Below are positions 27,533 to 37,114 of a DNA stretch of 64,000 nt, one piece after another (the first letter of the stretch is position 1; each line of letters begins with the position of its first letter). Location of the stretch: the IMG/VR virus record IMGVR_UViG_3300044712_001255, positions 124,001 through 188,000 of that record; one strand, 5' to 3'. Position numbers and translations under genes: made by a program. The notes under the pieces were generated by a model. It did not search any database. It had not been told where the DNA came from and saw nothing but the letters and a program-made list of their open reading frames with translations.

Positions 27533-27739
27533 ATGATGACTCGAATAATCACGTTGCCTCGAGGCGGAAAGTTGGAAATCGAAATGGATCCAACGTTCTT
27601 AGATCATGTTTGTCGTCACTTCGGGCTGTCTGCTCATTCTGAGGTGACAGATGCGCACCTTAGGATGTTCATTTGGGGAGCTACGAAAAATGCAATCGAC
27701 AATGTGGAAACAATGGCCCCAGTGGCAGTTGCAGGGTGA
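27533..27739 (+). CDS. Small hypothetical protein
   Basis: TACACT -10-like hexamer just upstream. Confidence 0.5.
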   Translation: MMTRIITLPRGGKLEIEMDPTFLDHVCRHFGLSAHSEVTDAHLRMFIWGATKNAIDNVETMAPVAVAG

Positions 27740-30050
27740 ATCACAAGCACAAAAGTTTCAACCGTGGCCATCAGGTCGGGTGTTCGAAGGCAAGACAAAA
27801 GGCTCAAGCATTCAACACCCGATTGATCTAAAATCATCATTGACAATAGGTGATCTAAAAGAGATCACTTTGCAAGCTACTCAAGGTAAGCTTGAAAAAG
27901 TCAATGTAAAGATCGACGGCGGTCCGTTGTTTTTTACGTGTGATGCACAAACAGGCGAAGTGTTTGTCGCAAAAGAAGACAAAGATCTGCTATCTGGAGG
28001 CGTTCCTGCTTCTGGAATGAGGGAACGCTACCCGGCGGGTTCTCCTGTTGAACATGTAGGTGAGGCATTCGCGGGCGCAGCAGAGATATTGCAAAAAGCA
28101 GTGTCAGGGTTTGATGTTGGAACGCTTGAAGAGATTTTTGGTCCAACGAAAAACAACTTCTACTCCATTGAAGTGGTTTATCCAAATGACCAGCGCGTCT
28201 TTGGATACGACGGTAAGCACGTCGTCTTCCATCCAAATCCTTACAAATACGTTGACTACAGTACCGGTGAGGTCATTACAGAATATGATGACATTCCAGG
28301 CCTTGATAAGTTAATGCAAAACATCATCCAAAAAGACGCAGCTACGCGTCAAAGTGAGTGGAAGATTCATGCCCCGATGGTGATGCAGCTTCGAGACATT
28401 TCTTCCGGTGGTCTTGGACAGGAAATCATCTCAGAACTGGAACAGCTGCAAGCAGATGCAGGCGTAGGTGATGACGCAACGATACCTGAGTTCATTGCTG
28501 GCTTAGCACAGGTCCGTATTGACGAACTCGGTATTCAGGAGCCCACTGGTGCACTCGCAAAAAATCTCGCGGGTGTCAAGGGTGCACCCACCATAGTACA
28601 GTTGAAAAAACTTGTACCATCCGAGCAGCTGCCTCAGGTTGAGGCGCTTGTCGCAGATAGAGATAACATCAGGCTTGAGTTGTTGGCGTCGTTGGATGAA
28701 GTTTTCAACCGTCTCGCAATTGGGATAATGAAAGCGATTGAGAACCTTCCATTGCCTGCAAGAGTGCAACATCCTGAAAAGATCAAATCAGCAGTGGCGC
28801 TTGCGAACTCATCTGCGTTAGAGGGTAATCCGCTGCAGGCGAGGATGAAGCGACAGGCGAACAGACTTGGAAATCCTGAGGACATGGTTCCCATGGAAGG
28901 AATTGTCTTCTTTTACAAAGGGCAAGCCTATAAATTCACAGGACAATTTGGACCCGCCAATCAGCTGATTGGAATGTTGCGTAAGCTCGGACTAGGGTCT
29001 GACGCTGCTCTTGCCGAAGCTCGCCGTCGCATCAATGAAGGCGGGTCGGCGTTCACTAACGACCGCGCGGCAGAGAAGCGTAATGTTCAACGTTTTCGTA
29101 GAGAGACGTGGTTGAAGGAAAAAGAATACATCTTCGACATTCTTGAAGAAGTGGGCTGCGAACGACAGACGGCGCATCCACCGTGGATGAGCAAGTCTGC
29201 AGAAGAAGTGCAACGATTCTACGTAGCCGGCAGCACTGGTAAGAAAGATGATTCTGGTGATGCTGACATCGTAGCAGTGTATCGTGGCACACGAGATGAG
29301 TTGATGCCGAAACTTGTGAATGTTCTCGCGGCAGCTGCGAAACACGAAGGCGCAGAACCACCTGCAGTTGCAAAGATCGGTGAAGACGTTTCGTTTGCGT
29401 ATCCTGTGAAATCAATGCCAGGTGTGTACATCCAAGTCGACATAAATTGTGCATCTGGAGAAGAGCAATACAACTGGAAGACGTGGACGCATTGGGGTGC
29501 AACGCCTGGATCGAAAGAGCAATCAATCCCAGGTAGTGGCATATCGCGCTTCAAGGGCGCACTTAGGGCGTTCTTGTTGGAATCAGTGTTAGAGTTTTTG
29601 TCAAAGGAGCACTTCCCAGGTCAGCAAAACGATATAGACAAGACTGGGTATTCTTTGAATGTGGGCAAGGGACTTTTCAAGTCAACAAAGACTCGCAAGG
29701 GAAAGAAACCAGGCGCAATCAATAAAACGTGGTCAGAACTTTATCGTGGCAATGAATTTGGCGATGAAGGTGAACCCATAACGTTAGATCCAGACGCAGC
29801 GATTGAGAGAATGTTTGGACCGGGCCATGGCGCATATGATGCACGATCGTTAGAAGATGTTGTAGAACTTTTGAAGACAAGCGAACGTTTTACGCCAGCT
29901 GAAAAGCATGAAATCGTTGAGATCTTCTTGAATAAGATGCGCAGCAAAGTAGCTGATTCTTCAAAATGGTCTCGAGTGGCACCGTCTCAAGAAGTCGCAG
30001 CGTCAATTTACAATGATGTTGAAGAGTACATAAGAGAGCAAATTCCATGA
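27651..30050 (+). CDS. Fusion of a ligase-superfamily nucleotidyltransferase domain and a Pol-beta-like nucleotidyltransferase domain (start uncertain)
   Basis: VKIDG (motif I), MEGIV (IV) and YKFTG (V), then GSTGKKDDSGDADI and IQVDI. Confidence 0.6.
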   Translation: MRTLGCSFGELRKMQSTMWKQWPQWQLQGESQAQKFQPWPSGRVFEGKTKGSSIQHPIDLKSSLTIGDLKEITLQATQGKLEKVNVKIDGGPLFFTCDAQTGEVFVAKEDKDLLSGGVPASGMRERYPAGSPVEHVGEAFAGAAEILQKAVSGFDVGTLEEIFGPTKNNFYSIEVVYPNDQRVFGYDGKHVVFHPNPYKYVDYSTGEVITEYDDIPGLDKLMQNIIQKDAATRQSEWKIHAPMVMQLRDISSGGLGQEIISELEQLQADAGVGDDATIPEFIAGLAQVRIDELGIQEPTGALAKNLAGVKGAPTIVQLKKLVPSEQLPQVEALVADRDNIRLELLASLDEVFNRLAIGIMKAIENLPLPARVQHPEKIKSAVALANSSALEGNPLQARMKRQANRLGNPEDMVPMEGIVFFYKGQAYKFTGQFGPANQLIGMLRKLGLGSDAALAEARRRINEGGSAFTNDRAAEKRNVQRFRRETWLKEKEYIFDILEEVGCERQTAHPPWMSKSAEEVQRFYVAGSTGKKDDSGDADIVAVYRGTRDELMPKLVNVLAAAAKHEGAEPPAVAKIGEDVSFAYPVKSMPGVYIQVDINCASGEEQYNWKTWTHWGATPGSKEQSIPGSGISRFKGALRAFLLESVLEFLSKEHFPGQQNDIDKTGYSLNVGKGLFKSTKTRKGKKPGAINKTWSELYRGNEFGDEGEPITLDPDAAIERMFGPGHGAYDARSLEDVVELLKTSERFTPAEKHEIVEIFLNKMRSKVADSSKWSRVAPSQEVAASIYNDVEEYIREQIP

Positions 30051-31675
30051 TTGTTGTTCCTACACAAAACGTACTGCTAGAGGCCGTGTATGATCCCGAC
30101 GCTCACTATGAGCAACTGTTAGGAAAGGTCGCGTCCGCTGAGAAGAATGTGGCGATGTGGTCGCCAGTAGCTTCGTCATTGAAGAAACTTTTTGGTATCA
30201 TTTCAAATGCAGTGGGTAAGGACTCCACTAAACGCATTGAACAAAAGTGGTCAGATGATCCTGAAGTGATTATGAATCTCGCAAGTCTAGCGCGGTTTAG
30301 CTCTGCCACCGGCGGCGATTCCTTGAATGACGTTGTCAATGAAATTCATGCAAATTGGCCGTCAGGTAAAGAAGGGTTCAATGTTGACCTTGAAAAGTTT
30401 AAAGATTTTCCTGACGTAATCACAACAGTACCTGGAGCAAAACCCAAGCGCAAGGGCGAGGCTGTCGTCAATAAGCGTCGTGCAAACTTAGAAAAAGTCA
30501 ATGAATTTTTGGCGCCATTTCGTAAGCCGTTCGACCTCGCGCAACGTTCATTGCGCAAGGCTGAGCATGAATTGGCAACTGCGCAAGAGCGCGTTGATAA
30601 TTTTGACACTTCTGATGGATCGTTCGTTTCTCATCTGTCACAGGAAAAAGTTACAGAACCCGAATACGAACATACGTCAAAGCTGGTATCGATCAGTGAA
30701 TTGCCGGCTTTGCAGTGGTATTTGTGGCCCGATGATATTGACGTAGCTTCAAATTCAAAGTTTAAGTCTGGTAAACAGGGCGAAGGTGGCGGCGAGTCGT
30801 GGTCTGCATATGTTTTTGGTGGCAAGGTGCAAGGACAAAGTTCACTATTCGACCTTGCCGTTCCAGCAGACAACGGATATGAAAAGTGGGAAGTAAAAGA
30901 GTATGATACTTCCTCGAAAGAACCTGTCATTCGTTTGGGCAGTCATGGTACGTCCGTAACAGCTGACATCCTTGAAAGATTATCGGGCGTATTTCGTCAA
31001 TTGAAGTCATTCATGAACATCTACAAAGAGATGAAGCTTGACCAACTCACCGGAGAGTACCCATTTGCGTCAAAGTTTGTCAAGTCTCTTGAGGAGTACA
31101 TTCCCAGGGCACAGTCAAAAATGATCGTGCATGGACAGATCACGAATATTGACCTTGAGTATCTCGGCAAAGCAATTCGTGCTGCGAACAAGGTGTACAA
31201 TGACGTTACGTCTAAGGTAAAGACGCCAAGTCTTGAACTTATGGTGAATGGTAAAAAGCTGACATTAGACGGAGACGATTATGTCAAATTGCTATATAAA
31301 TTACATAGCATGAAGATGCTCCCAGACGAGCTTGGTAACCAAGAGATACTCTGCGCCGCAGTGGCAGAGCTTGATGATCCTGTTTTACGCGGCGCAGAAT
31401 CGTATAGAGATATGTTGAAATCGTTGTTTAATGCCTTGTCACCGCAAGCGGCGTTTAATAATGTTGATGGTCTATTGCTCGTCAGTCCACGAGCATTTGT
31501 GAAGATTCCTAGGGCGTCGTTGAATGACGTTCTAGAATACGTAAGTTTGTCAGAGAATCGTCGACCAAACTTCAAGATATCAGCAGACTTTCCACGTCCG
31601 GAATCAGCGCAGCAAATTCCCGTGGCAGCGCCCGCGACGGCATTGCCACCGTTTGATGCCGAGGTTACGCAATAA
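30047..31675 (+). CDS. Large hypothetical protein with a possible PD-(D/E)xK nuclease motif
   Basis: GE...GGKVQGQSSLFDL...WEVKE; N-terminal LLEA. Confidence 0.45.
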   Translation: MIVVPTQNVLLEAVYDPDAHYEQLLGKVASAEKNVAMWSPVASSLKKLFGIISNAVGKDSTKRIEQKWSDDPEVIMNLASLARFSSATGGDSLNDVVNEIHANWPSGKEGFNVDLEKFKDFPDVITTVPGAKPKRKGEAVVNKRRANLEKVNEFLAPFRKPFDLAQRSLRKAEHELATAQERVDNFDTSDGSFVSHLSQEKVTEPEYEHTSKLVSISELPALQWYLWPDDIDVASNSKFKSGKQGEGGGESWSAYVFGGKVQGQSSLFDLAVPADNGYEKWEVKEYDTSSKEPVIRLGSHGTSVTADILERLSGVFRQLKSFMNIYKEMKLDQLTGEYPFASKFVKSLEEYIPRAQSKMIVHGQITNIDLEYLGKAIRAANKVYNDVTSKVKTPSLELMVNGKKLTLDGDDYVKLLYKLHSMKMLPDELGNQEILCAAVAELDDPVLRGAESYRDMLKSLFNALSPQAAFNNVDGLLLVSPRAFVKIPRASLNDVLEYVSLSENRRPNFKISADFPRPESAQQIPVAAPATALPPFDAEVTQ

Positions 31676-32444
31676 TCTTTGCTGATCCGTCGATCAACAT
31701 ACGCTCAAGAATCTTGATAACGAATCCTTCGTTCTTGGGTGAAACGAGCAATTGCTCGGGTTCAGGTTGTTTGTTGCTGGAAATGAGTTGCGACAGGATT
31801 TTTTCTCTTGATTGTGGAGATAGAAACCCTGGTAGGTTGTCTTTGAATTCTTCTGCGGCAGCTTCATCACCAGCAGCAGCTTTTGCAAGCAACCGTCTCA
31901 TTCGAGTTGCGCTGATCTCACCCGCTTGACGTCCCACGGCGCCTGCTTGACCCACTGCTGCTCGTACCTTGATTTCAATTTGATCTTTGTACCTCCAGAT
32001 TAACTTCTCTTGCGCAGTCTTGGGCGCAGCGCCTCCCTTGATCTTATCGACAGTGGCGTAACGTTGTCTTTCGCTTGGGTCACCAATCATGATCGTGATG
32101 AATGTAGTAGGACGTACGCCTGATTCTTGTTCCTTCAACAGCTGCATCATTCTTGCGAATACACCACGTGCAGGTTGACGAGACGGGAAGATTTCAATTC
32201 TATCGCCGAATTGCTGCTTCAACTGCGGGATTAGCTCATCGTTCCACAACTGAAACATTGAATTTCCACTGACTGGGTATTCATCACCTGTATCACCACG
32301 CATTGTGTCTTCGCCAGTCCCAGCAAATACTGAAACTTCATCGTTGCTTTCCAACGCTTGACGAATTAGCTCGAAATGCATCTTGTGAAATGGTTTCGCA
32401 GACATTACCATCAGCGCATGACGCTCGGTATCAAATTGATCCAT
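31665..32444 (-). CDS. HIGH-superfamily (cytidylyl/adenylyl) transferase-like protein
   Basis: SAKPFHKMH (HxGH-like) and ISATRMR; ATAGTTA 6 nt upstream on the minus strand. Confidence 0.65.
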   Translation of the reverse strand: MDQFDTERHALMVMSAKPFHKMHFELIRQALESNDEVSVFAGTGEDTMRGDTGDEYPVSGNSMFQLWNDELIPQLKQQFGDRIEIFPSRQPARGVFARMMQLLKEQESGVRPTTFITIMIGDPSERQRYATVDKIKGGAAPKTAQEKLIWRYKDQIEIKVRAAVGQAGAVGRQAGEISATRMRRLLAKAAAGDEAAAEEFKDNLPGFLSPQSREKILSQLISSNKQPEPEQLLVSPKNEGFVIKILERMLIDGSAKIIA

Positions 32445-32483
32445 ACGTCATAACTATAACCCGGTGTTTGATACGATGGTCAC

Positions 32484-32930
32484 ATGCTACCAGAAGTAAT
32501 TTCGTGCGGTGCGTTGCCGTACAGAATTGTTGACAACAATATTGAAATTTTGTTGGTTCAACATGTTCGGTCCGCAGACAAGAGCTGGGGTATCCCAAAG
32601 GGAAAACAAGAGAAGAACGAAATCATTCAAGATTGTATCTTGCGTGAAGTGAAGGAAGAAACAGGTCTCTCTGTTGTTCGCCTTGAGGATCCACTTGCAA
32701 ATGTGTCATATGTGAAAAATGCCATTGTGAAGCGCTTGATTGCGTGTTTAGCCGTTGTTGAAAATGGAGTGCCAACGCCAATCGATCGCAAAGAGATATC
32801 GCAAGCGCAATTTTTCAAAGTCACAGACCTTCCGCTAATTCACAGATATCAACTATCGCTAGTGAAAGAGGCGATTCGTCTAATCAGGGCTAAGAAGTTG
32901 ACGATCGATGATAGTTCATCCAAGAATTAA
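32484..32930 (+). CDS. NUDIX hydrolase (Ap4A-hydrolase-like)
   Basis: SCGALPY, WGIPKG..E.NE.....LREVKEETGL. Confidence 0.88.
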   Translation: MLPEVISCGALPYRIVDNNIEILLVQHVRSADKSWGIPKGKQEKNEIIQDCILREVKEETGLSVVRLEDPLANVSYVKNAIVKRLIACLAVVENGVPTPIDRKEISQAQFFKVTDLPLIHRYQLSLVKEAIRLIRAKKLTIDDSSSKN

Positions 32931-33174
32931 CGCAGCTCTGGAGACATTTTATGTGTATGCGTCAAATGTCAACAACTGGCTCATAGTCAAGAAGAACATT
33001 TTGTTGATGTTGCCGTCACGACTTCGTGCAAGATTCTCTCGCAGGGATGAAAAAACAAAGTTGCAACGTCCCAATGAGCTCGAATATGAGCTGATGCAGC
33101 GATGGGCGAACATGACTGGGCGAGACGTCCTATTTACCAACGATGGAATCGAAGGAAAAGTTTCTCCTACGTGA
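32908..33174 (+). CDS. Hypothetical protein
   Basis: ORF between NUDIX and 33143. Confidence 0.45.
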   Translation: MIVHPRINAALETFYVYASNVNNWLIVKKNILLMLPSRLRARFSRRDEKTKLQRPNELEYELMQRWANMTGRDVLFTNDGIEGKVSPT

Positions 33175-34534
33175 GTACGTACGACGTCTCTTGCGTGAGG
33201 ACGGTGAAGGCGGCGGTGGTGGTGGAGCTGTCGGCGATGGCTGGGATTTCTCTGGCATGGCTGGCCCATGGGGTGGCGGCGGAGGTGGCGGGGGAGGTTC
33301 TGGTGGCGAAGCTTACCAAGCCGCGTCAGAGCTTTTTGCCGGATTCATCAACACTTGGGAAACAGGCAAGATGGCGATAAAGTCTATCGCCAGCAGCGTC
33401 GGCCACGTGTTGAAGTTGTCAACGCGAGTTGTCATACAATCTGTGTTTCCAAACGCCCAGAATCGCTATGCTGAGCTTGCGATGAAAGAAAAGCAGCGTC
33501 AGGAAAAGATCAATCATGAATATGCTGCTGTGTATAGCAAAATTATTGATGAGATGCGTCGCAATGATGACTTTCAGGTCTCTGCGTTCTTTTTCGATCC
33601 AAGCAAGTGGTTTGATACAGTAATTCAAAATCCAACTGCATACATCACAGTTGCGTTTGCGAAGAACGCAAAACCATCGTTTCTTGGTATCTTGAATCAT
33701 TTCACTGGCGGTCACTTTGAGGAACGTCTACGTAATGAACACCCTGAACTACGGGATGATCGCAACTGGCGTCGGTATCGCCAACACATGGAACACGGTA
33801 GACAAGACAATGAACGTGTCGTAAAGCCCAACGCAAAGCAGCGTCGTGGCATTGAACAAGCAATGGCGCAAGAATCGTTCGTGCCAGGAGGACGTCTTGT
33901 TATCGAAGAGGCGCAGGAAGAGCAACTAGATTTTGCAAAGCTTGATAAGTCAGCAAAGAAAATCTTGGAAGAGTACGTGCAATCACAACCCAAGAAGGTG
34001 GAAGCAGCTAAGGCGAATGTTCAAAAGCTAGTGCCAGAATCATCACAAATAGAGGAAGCTTCAGCAGAACAACAAAAGTCGCTTGTGCTGTCTCAGATGT
34101 TCAAGGACGCAATGGCAGTCAATGCTGCTGAATCTTTAGAAGACATCGTAAAGACAGGCCTTCTTACATCAAACGATGCCGCGAAGATCAAACAAGATTT
34201 ACAAAAAGCGGCGAGCAAGACAAACGAAGATGTCGCTACAAAACAACAGCCACCAGCGCAAGAGCAAAAGCCTCAAACTTCACAAAATCCCCAAAAGCCG
34301 CAGCAAGATTCATCACAGGTAATTCAAGATGCAGAAAAGATGGTGGTTGTTGAGGCAAAGCTTGCAATAATCGGTGGGCTCTCTGAGTTGGTGTCTCGAT
34401 ACAAGAAATTTCTTGAATCTAACAATGATATGGCCACTGATCTTCGTTCGGCACGTCTGAAGCATGCCGACGCAGTGCTCAAAAAATTTGATGGAATCAT
34501 CAAGAATCTTGAGTCTTTGGCTAAAGGACACTAA
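33143..34534 (+). CDS. Gly-rich hypothetical, probable virion protein
   Basis: LLREYVRRLLRED, then poly-Gly; CTATTTA 6 nt upstream. Confidence 0.6.
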   Translation: MESKEKFLLREYVRRLLREDGEGGGGGGAVGDGWDFSGMAGPWGGGGGGGGGSGGEAYQAASELFAGFINTWETGKMAIKSIASSVGHVLKLSTRVVIQSVFPNAQNRYAELAMKEKQRQEKINHEYAAVYSKIIDEMRRNDDFQVSAFFFDPSKWFDTVIQNPTAYITVAFAKNAKPSFLGILNHFTGGHFEERLRNEHPELRDDRNWRRYRQHMEHGRQDNERVVKPNAKQRRGIEQAMAQESFVPGGRLVIEEAQEEQLDFAKLDKSAKKILEEYVQSQPKKVEAAKANVQKLVPESSQIEEASAEQQKSLVLSQMFKDAMAVNAAESLEDIVKTGLLTSNDAAKIKQDLQKAASKTNEDVATKQQPPAQEQKPQTSQNPQKPQQDSSQVIQDAEKMVVVEAKLAIIGGLSELVSRYKKFLESNNDMATDLRSARLKHADAVLKKFDGIIKNLESLAKGH

Positions 34535-34573
34535 CACTGAAACAGAAGCCCGACAGGCGATACAATCCTGTCC

Positions 34574-34870
34574 ATGGCAAGAGTCAAAAAGTCTGTTCCC
34601 GCTCCGAAGAATTACAATTTGGCTGCAATGCAACCTGATGAACTCAATGAGCTCAAGAAGGTTGTAGTTGAGTACGTTGAACGTCGAGGACGCATTGAAA
34701 ATGAAATTGAAACCTTGAAGGGCGACATCAAGACGCTCGAAGAGGAATATGCATCAAAGCTTGACCTGAAGACACTGAAGCAGGTCGAGCGTTATTTCCG
34801 TATTCGACAGGGAATTGCTCACAAAGATACGTTTGACCTTTTCTGCGAGGTGCTGGAGAATAATGTATGA
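34574..34870 (+). CDS. Small dsDNA-binding protein (GapR/T4 DsbA-like)
   Basis: VEYVERRGRIENEIETLKGDIK.L...LDLKTLKQ pattern; TACAAT 7 nt before ATG. Confidence 0.5.
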   Translation: MARVKKSVPAPKNYNLAAMQPDELNELKKVVVEYVERRGRIENEIETLKGDIKTLEEEYASKLDLKTLKQVERYFRIRQGIAHKDTFDLFCEVLENNV

Positions 34871-35424
34871 CAATTTCAAAGAAGAAACCTGCTAAGAAAA
34901 TGGCGCTTCCCGAAAAGAAGACAGACGTTGTTGACAAGAAGGTTGAACAGCTCGATGTCCCAGCGACGGCAGAACTGCTAAAGGTGCTTGAAGCGCTGCG
35001 TAGCGCTATTCCAAAGGTTGAGGAGGAAGTTGATACCTCTGATGAAGAAAAGGAGCGTCCGCCACGTGAGACTTTCACTGTAAAGTTCACGAAGTTTGAA
35101 CTCATTCACCTTCGCGACTTGTTTGGTATCAAGTTCCCTCCCACGTTTGACAAGACTGTGTCTTCTGTGCTCGCCCAGCGAGCGGGACGTCCTATCATCG
35201 AGTCAGTGTTGTGGGCGAAGTTAGCTGCAGCTTGTGAGACCGCAAAGATTCCGATTGGTGAGGATGCGCCTGATTTCATGGTTGGCGTCGTCAGCATGCC
35301 AGAGATGAGTGTCTTTGAGATCGCGTCAGAACCTGATGAGGATTATGGCGAAGAAGAGGAAGATGATTCTGAAAACATCAATCCCTTCGCAAAGGACAAA
35401 GAAGATAAGCCAGAGGATAAGTAA
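34867..35424 (+). CDS. Hypothetical protein
   Basis: Coupled ORF with an acidic tail. Confidence 0.55.
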   Translation: MTISKKKPAKKMALPEKKTDVVDKKVEQLDVPATAELLKVLEALRSAIPKVEEEVDTSDEEKERPPRETFTVKFTKFELIHLRDLFGIKFPPTFDKTVSSVLAQRAGRPIIESVLWAKLAAACETAKIPIGEDAPDFMVGVVSMPEMSVFEIASEPDEDYGEEEEDDSENINPFAKDKEDKPEDK

Positions 35425-35427
35425 CAC

Positions 35428-35889
35428 ATGATGCGGATGAAGGTCGGCCAGGTAATTTACATTCTCAATGCAAAAACGCGAGAGGTGTTACCTGGTCGCG
35501 TCATCACCGAAAACAAACAAAAGACACTGACTGGTACCGTTGTGACGTACGAGGTAGAAGTACGTGAGCTTGCAAAGCAAGGTGTCAATGTCATAACAGT
35601 TGGTGAAGCAGACAAAGACACAATCTTTGATTCTACGCGTAAGGTCAAAGAGTACTTGATGGCGCAAGTTGCAAGATCATTTGACGTGCTGATCGCAAAG
35701 GCAGAGAAGATCGCCGCAGAACACTTTTCTGATGAGAAGAAGGTATCTGATGATGACGATGATGATGACGATCAAGTACCGAAGCCCGCAACTGCGTTCA
35801 AGAAGCCACCGTCTCCAAGCGGAATGCAGGTTCAGCTAGAAAATGGCATGATCGCCAACGTTCACATCGGTGAACCTCGTGTAGGTTGA
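35428..35889 (+). CDS. Hypothetical protein (N-terminal SH3-like)
   Basis: MKVGQVIYIL...VLPGRV; ATAAGTA upstream. Confidence 0.55.
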   Translation: MMRMKVGQVIYILNAKTREVLPGRVITENKQKTLTGTVVTYEVEVRELAKQGVNVITVGEADKDTIFDSTRKVKEYLMAQVARSFDVLIAKAEKIAAEHFSDEKKVSDDDDDDDDQVPKPATAFKKPPSPSGMQVQLENGMIANVHIGEPRVG

Positions 35890-35924
35890 GTGTAGATTGA
35901 CGTCCTGCGTGGTATGATCGTACC

Positions 35925-36257
35925 ATGTCAGAGAAACCAACGTTGAATGATCATATCGACAACGTACGACGTCAATTGGAGAATAGCGTCGCGCTTGTTA
36001 GCATGTATTTGTTTATAGCATTGCTTACGTCGCTCGCTGCACTTGGGATGTATTGTTTGTACAATGTCGCTACGCATGATCACAAGCATGACTATTGCTT
36101 TTTGGAAGTGAGTGATTACAATAGCAATATCATAGTTCTATATGCTCACAGGCCATGGCAAGCGTCTTCACGTATTGGAACGTTCGTGAATGTGGATGAG
36201 GCTCTTGTGGCTGCCAAGAAGATCAACTGCCAAATCAGCACAGCGGAGGTAAAGTGA
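35925..36257 (+). CDS. Single-TM hypothetical protein
   Basis: TATGAT 6 nt before ATG; one hydrophobic segment. Confidence 0.55.
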   Translation: MSEKPTLNDHIDNVRRQLENSVALVSMYLFIALLTSLAALGMYCLYNVATHDHKHDYCFLEVSDYNSNIIVLYAHRPWQASSRIGTFVNVDEALVAAKKINCQISTAEVK

Positions 36258-37114
36258 TAATCTGTTCTGAAAAGAATGGAAGTAGAAAGTATTGGCGTTG
36301 GCTTGTGAAATGTGAAAATTGCGCAAAGGAACGTTGGGTTGCTCAGGGAGCGCGCCCAGAAACAAAAACGCAGCATTGGTGTAAATCTTGCGCGTTTAAG
36401 AAATCGACACAAACACCTCAAGCAATTGAAAAACGTAAACAAACATGTCTTAAGAAATTTGGGTTTGTAAACGCATTTCAATCACCAAAAACAAAACGTA
36501 CCGTGAAAGAGCGATTTGGTGTTGATAACGTGTTTCAACATGAGTCTGTAAAAGAGAAAATTAAACAGACGACATTTGCGCATTATGGCGTAACTTGCTC
36601 TTTACAATCACCTGTTGTTTATGAAAAGAAACGACAAACTATGATTGAACGTTACGGCGTTGAGTTTGCGTTACAGTCAGACGCGATTAAGAAGAAGATA
36701 GATTTTAAGGCGGCATGGCAAAAACGTCATGAAACGCTAAAAAGACTTGGCAGTTATGGATCACGTACATCGAAAATTGAAGGATTATTTTACGTTGAGC
36801 TTATGACGCTGTTTGGTGCAGCTAACGTAGAACGTTTTGTATTAGTAAATGATTGGTCTATTGATTTCTACGTCAAGTCAATAGACGCGTATATCCAATT
36901 TGATGGAGTGTACTGGCATGGTCATAACAAAACGCTTGATGAGCTAAGACAATCAACGTCAAAAAGATCTCATACAATTGCGTGTCATCGTGAAAATGAT
37001 GAAAGACAAAATCTTTGGTTTAGAGACAATAATTTACGCTTAATTCGAGTCACAGACGAAGAGTTCAAGAATGGTAAACATTTGGAGAAATTGAATGTCA
37101 ATAATGATCATTGA
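36254..37114 (+). mobile_element. Putative free-standing homing endonuclease, paralogue of 13600-14625
   Basis: CENC...CKSC, (F/Y)G repeats, KRHETLKR, WSIDFYVKSIDAYIQFDGVYWHG; AT-rich. Confidence 0.65.
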
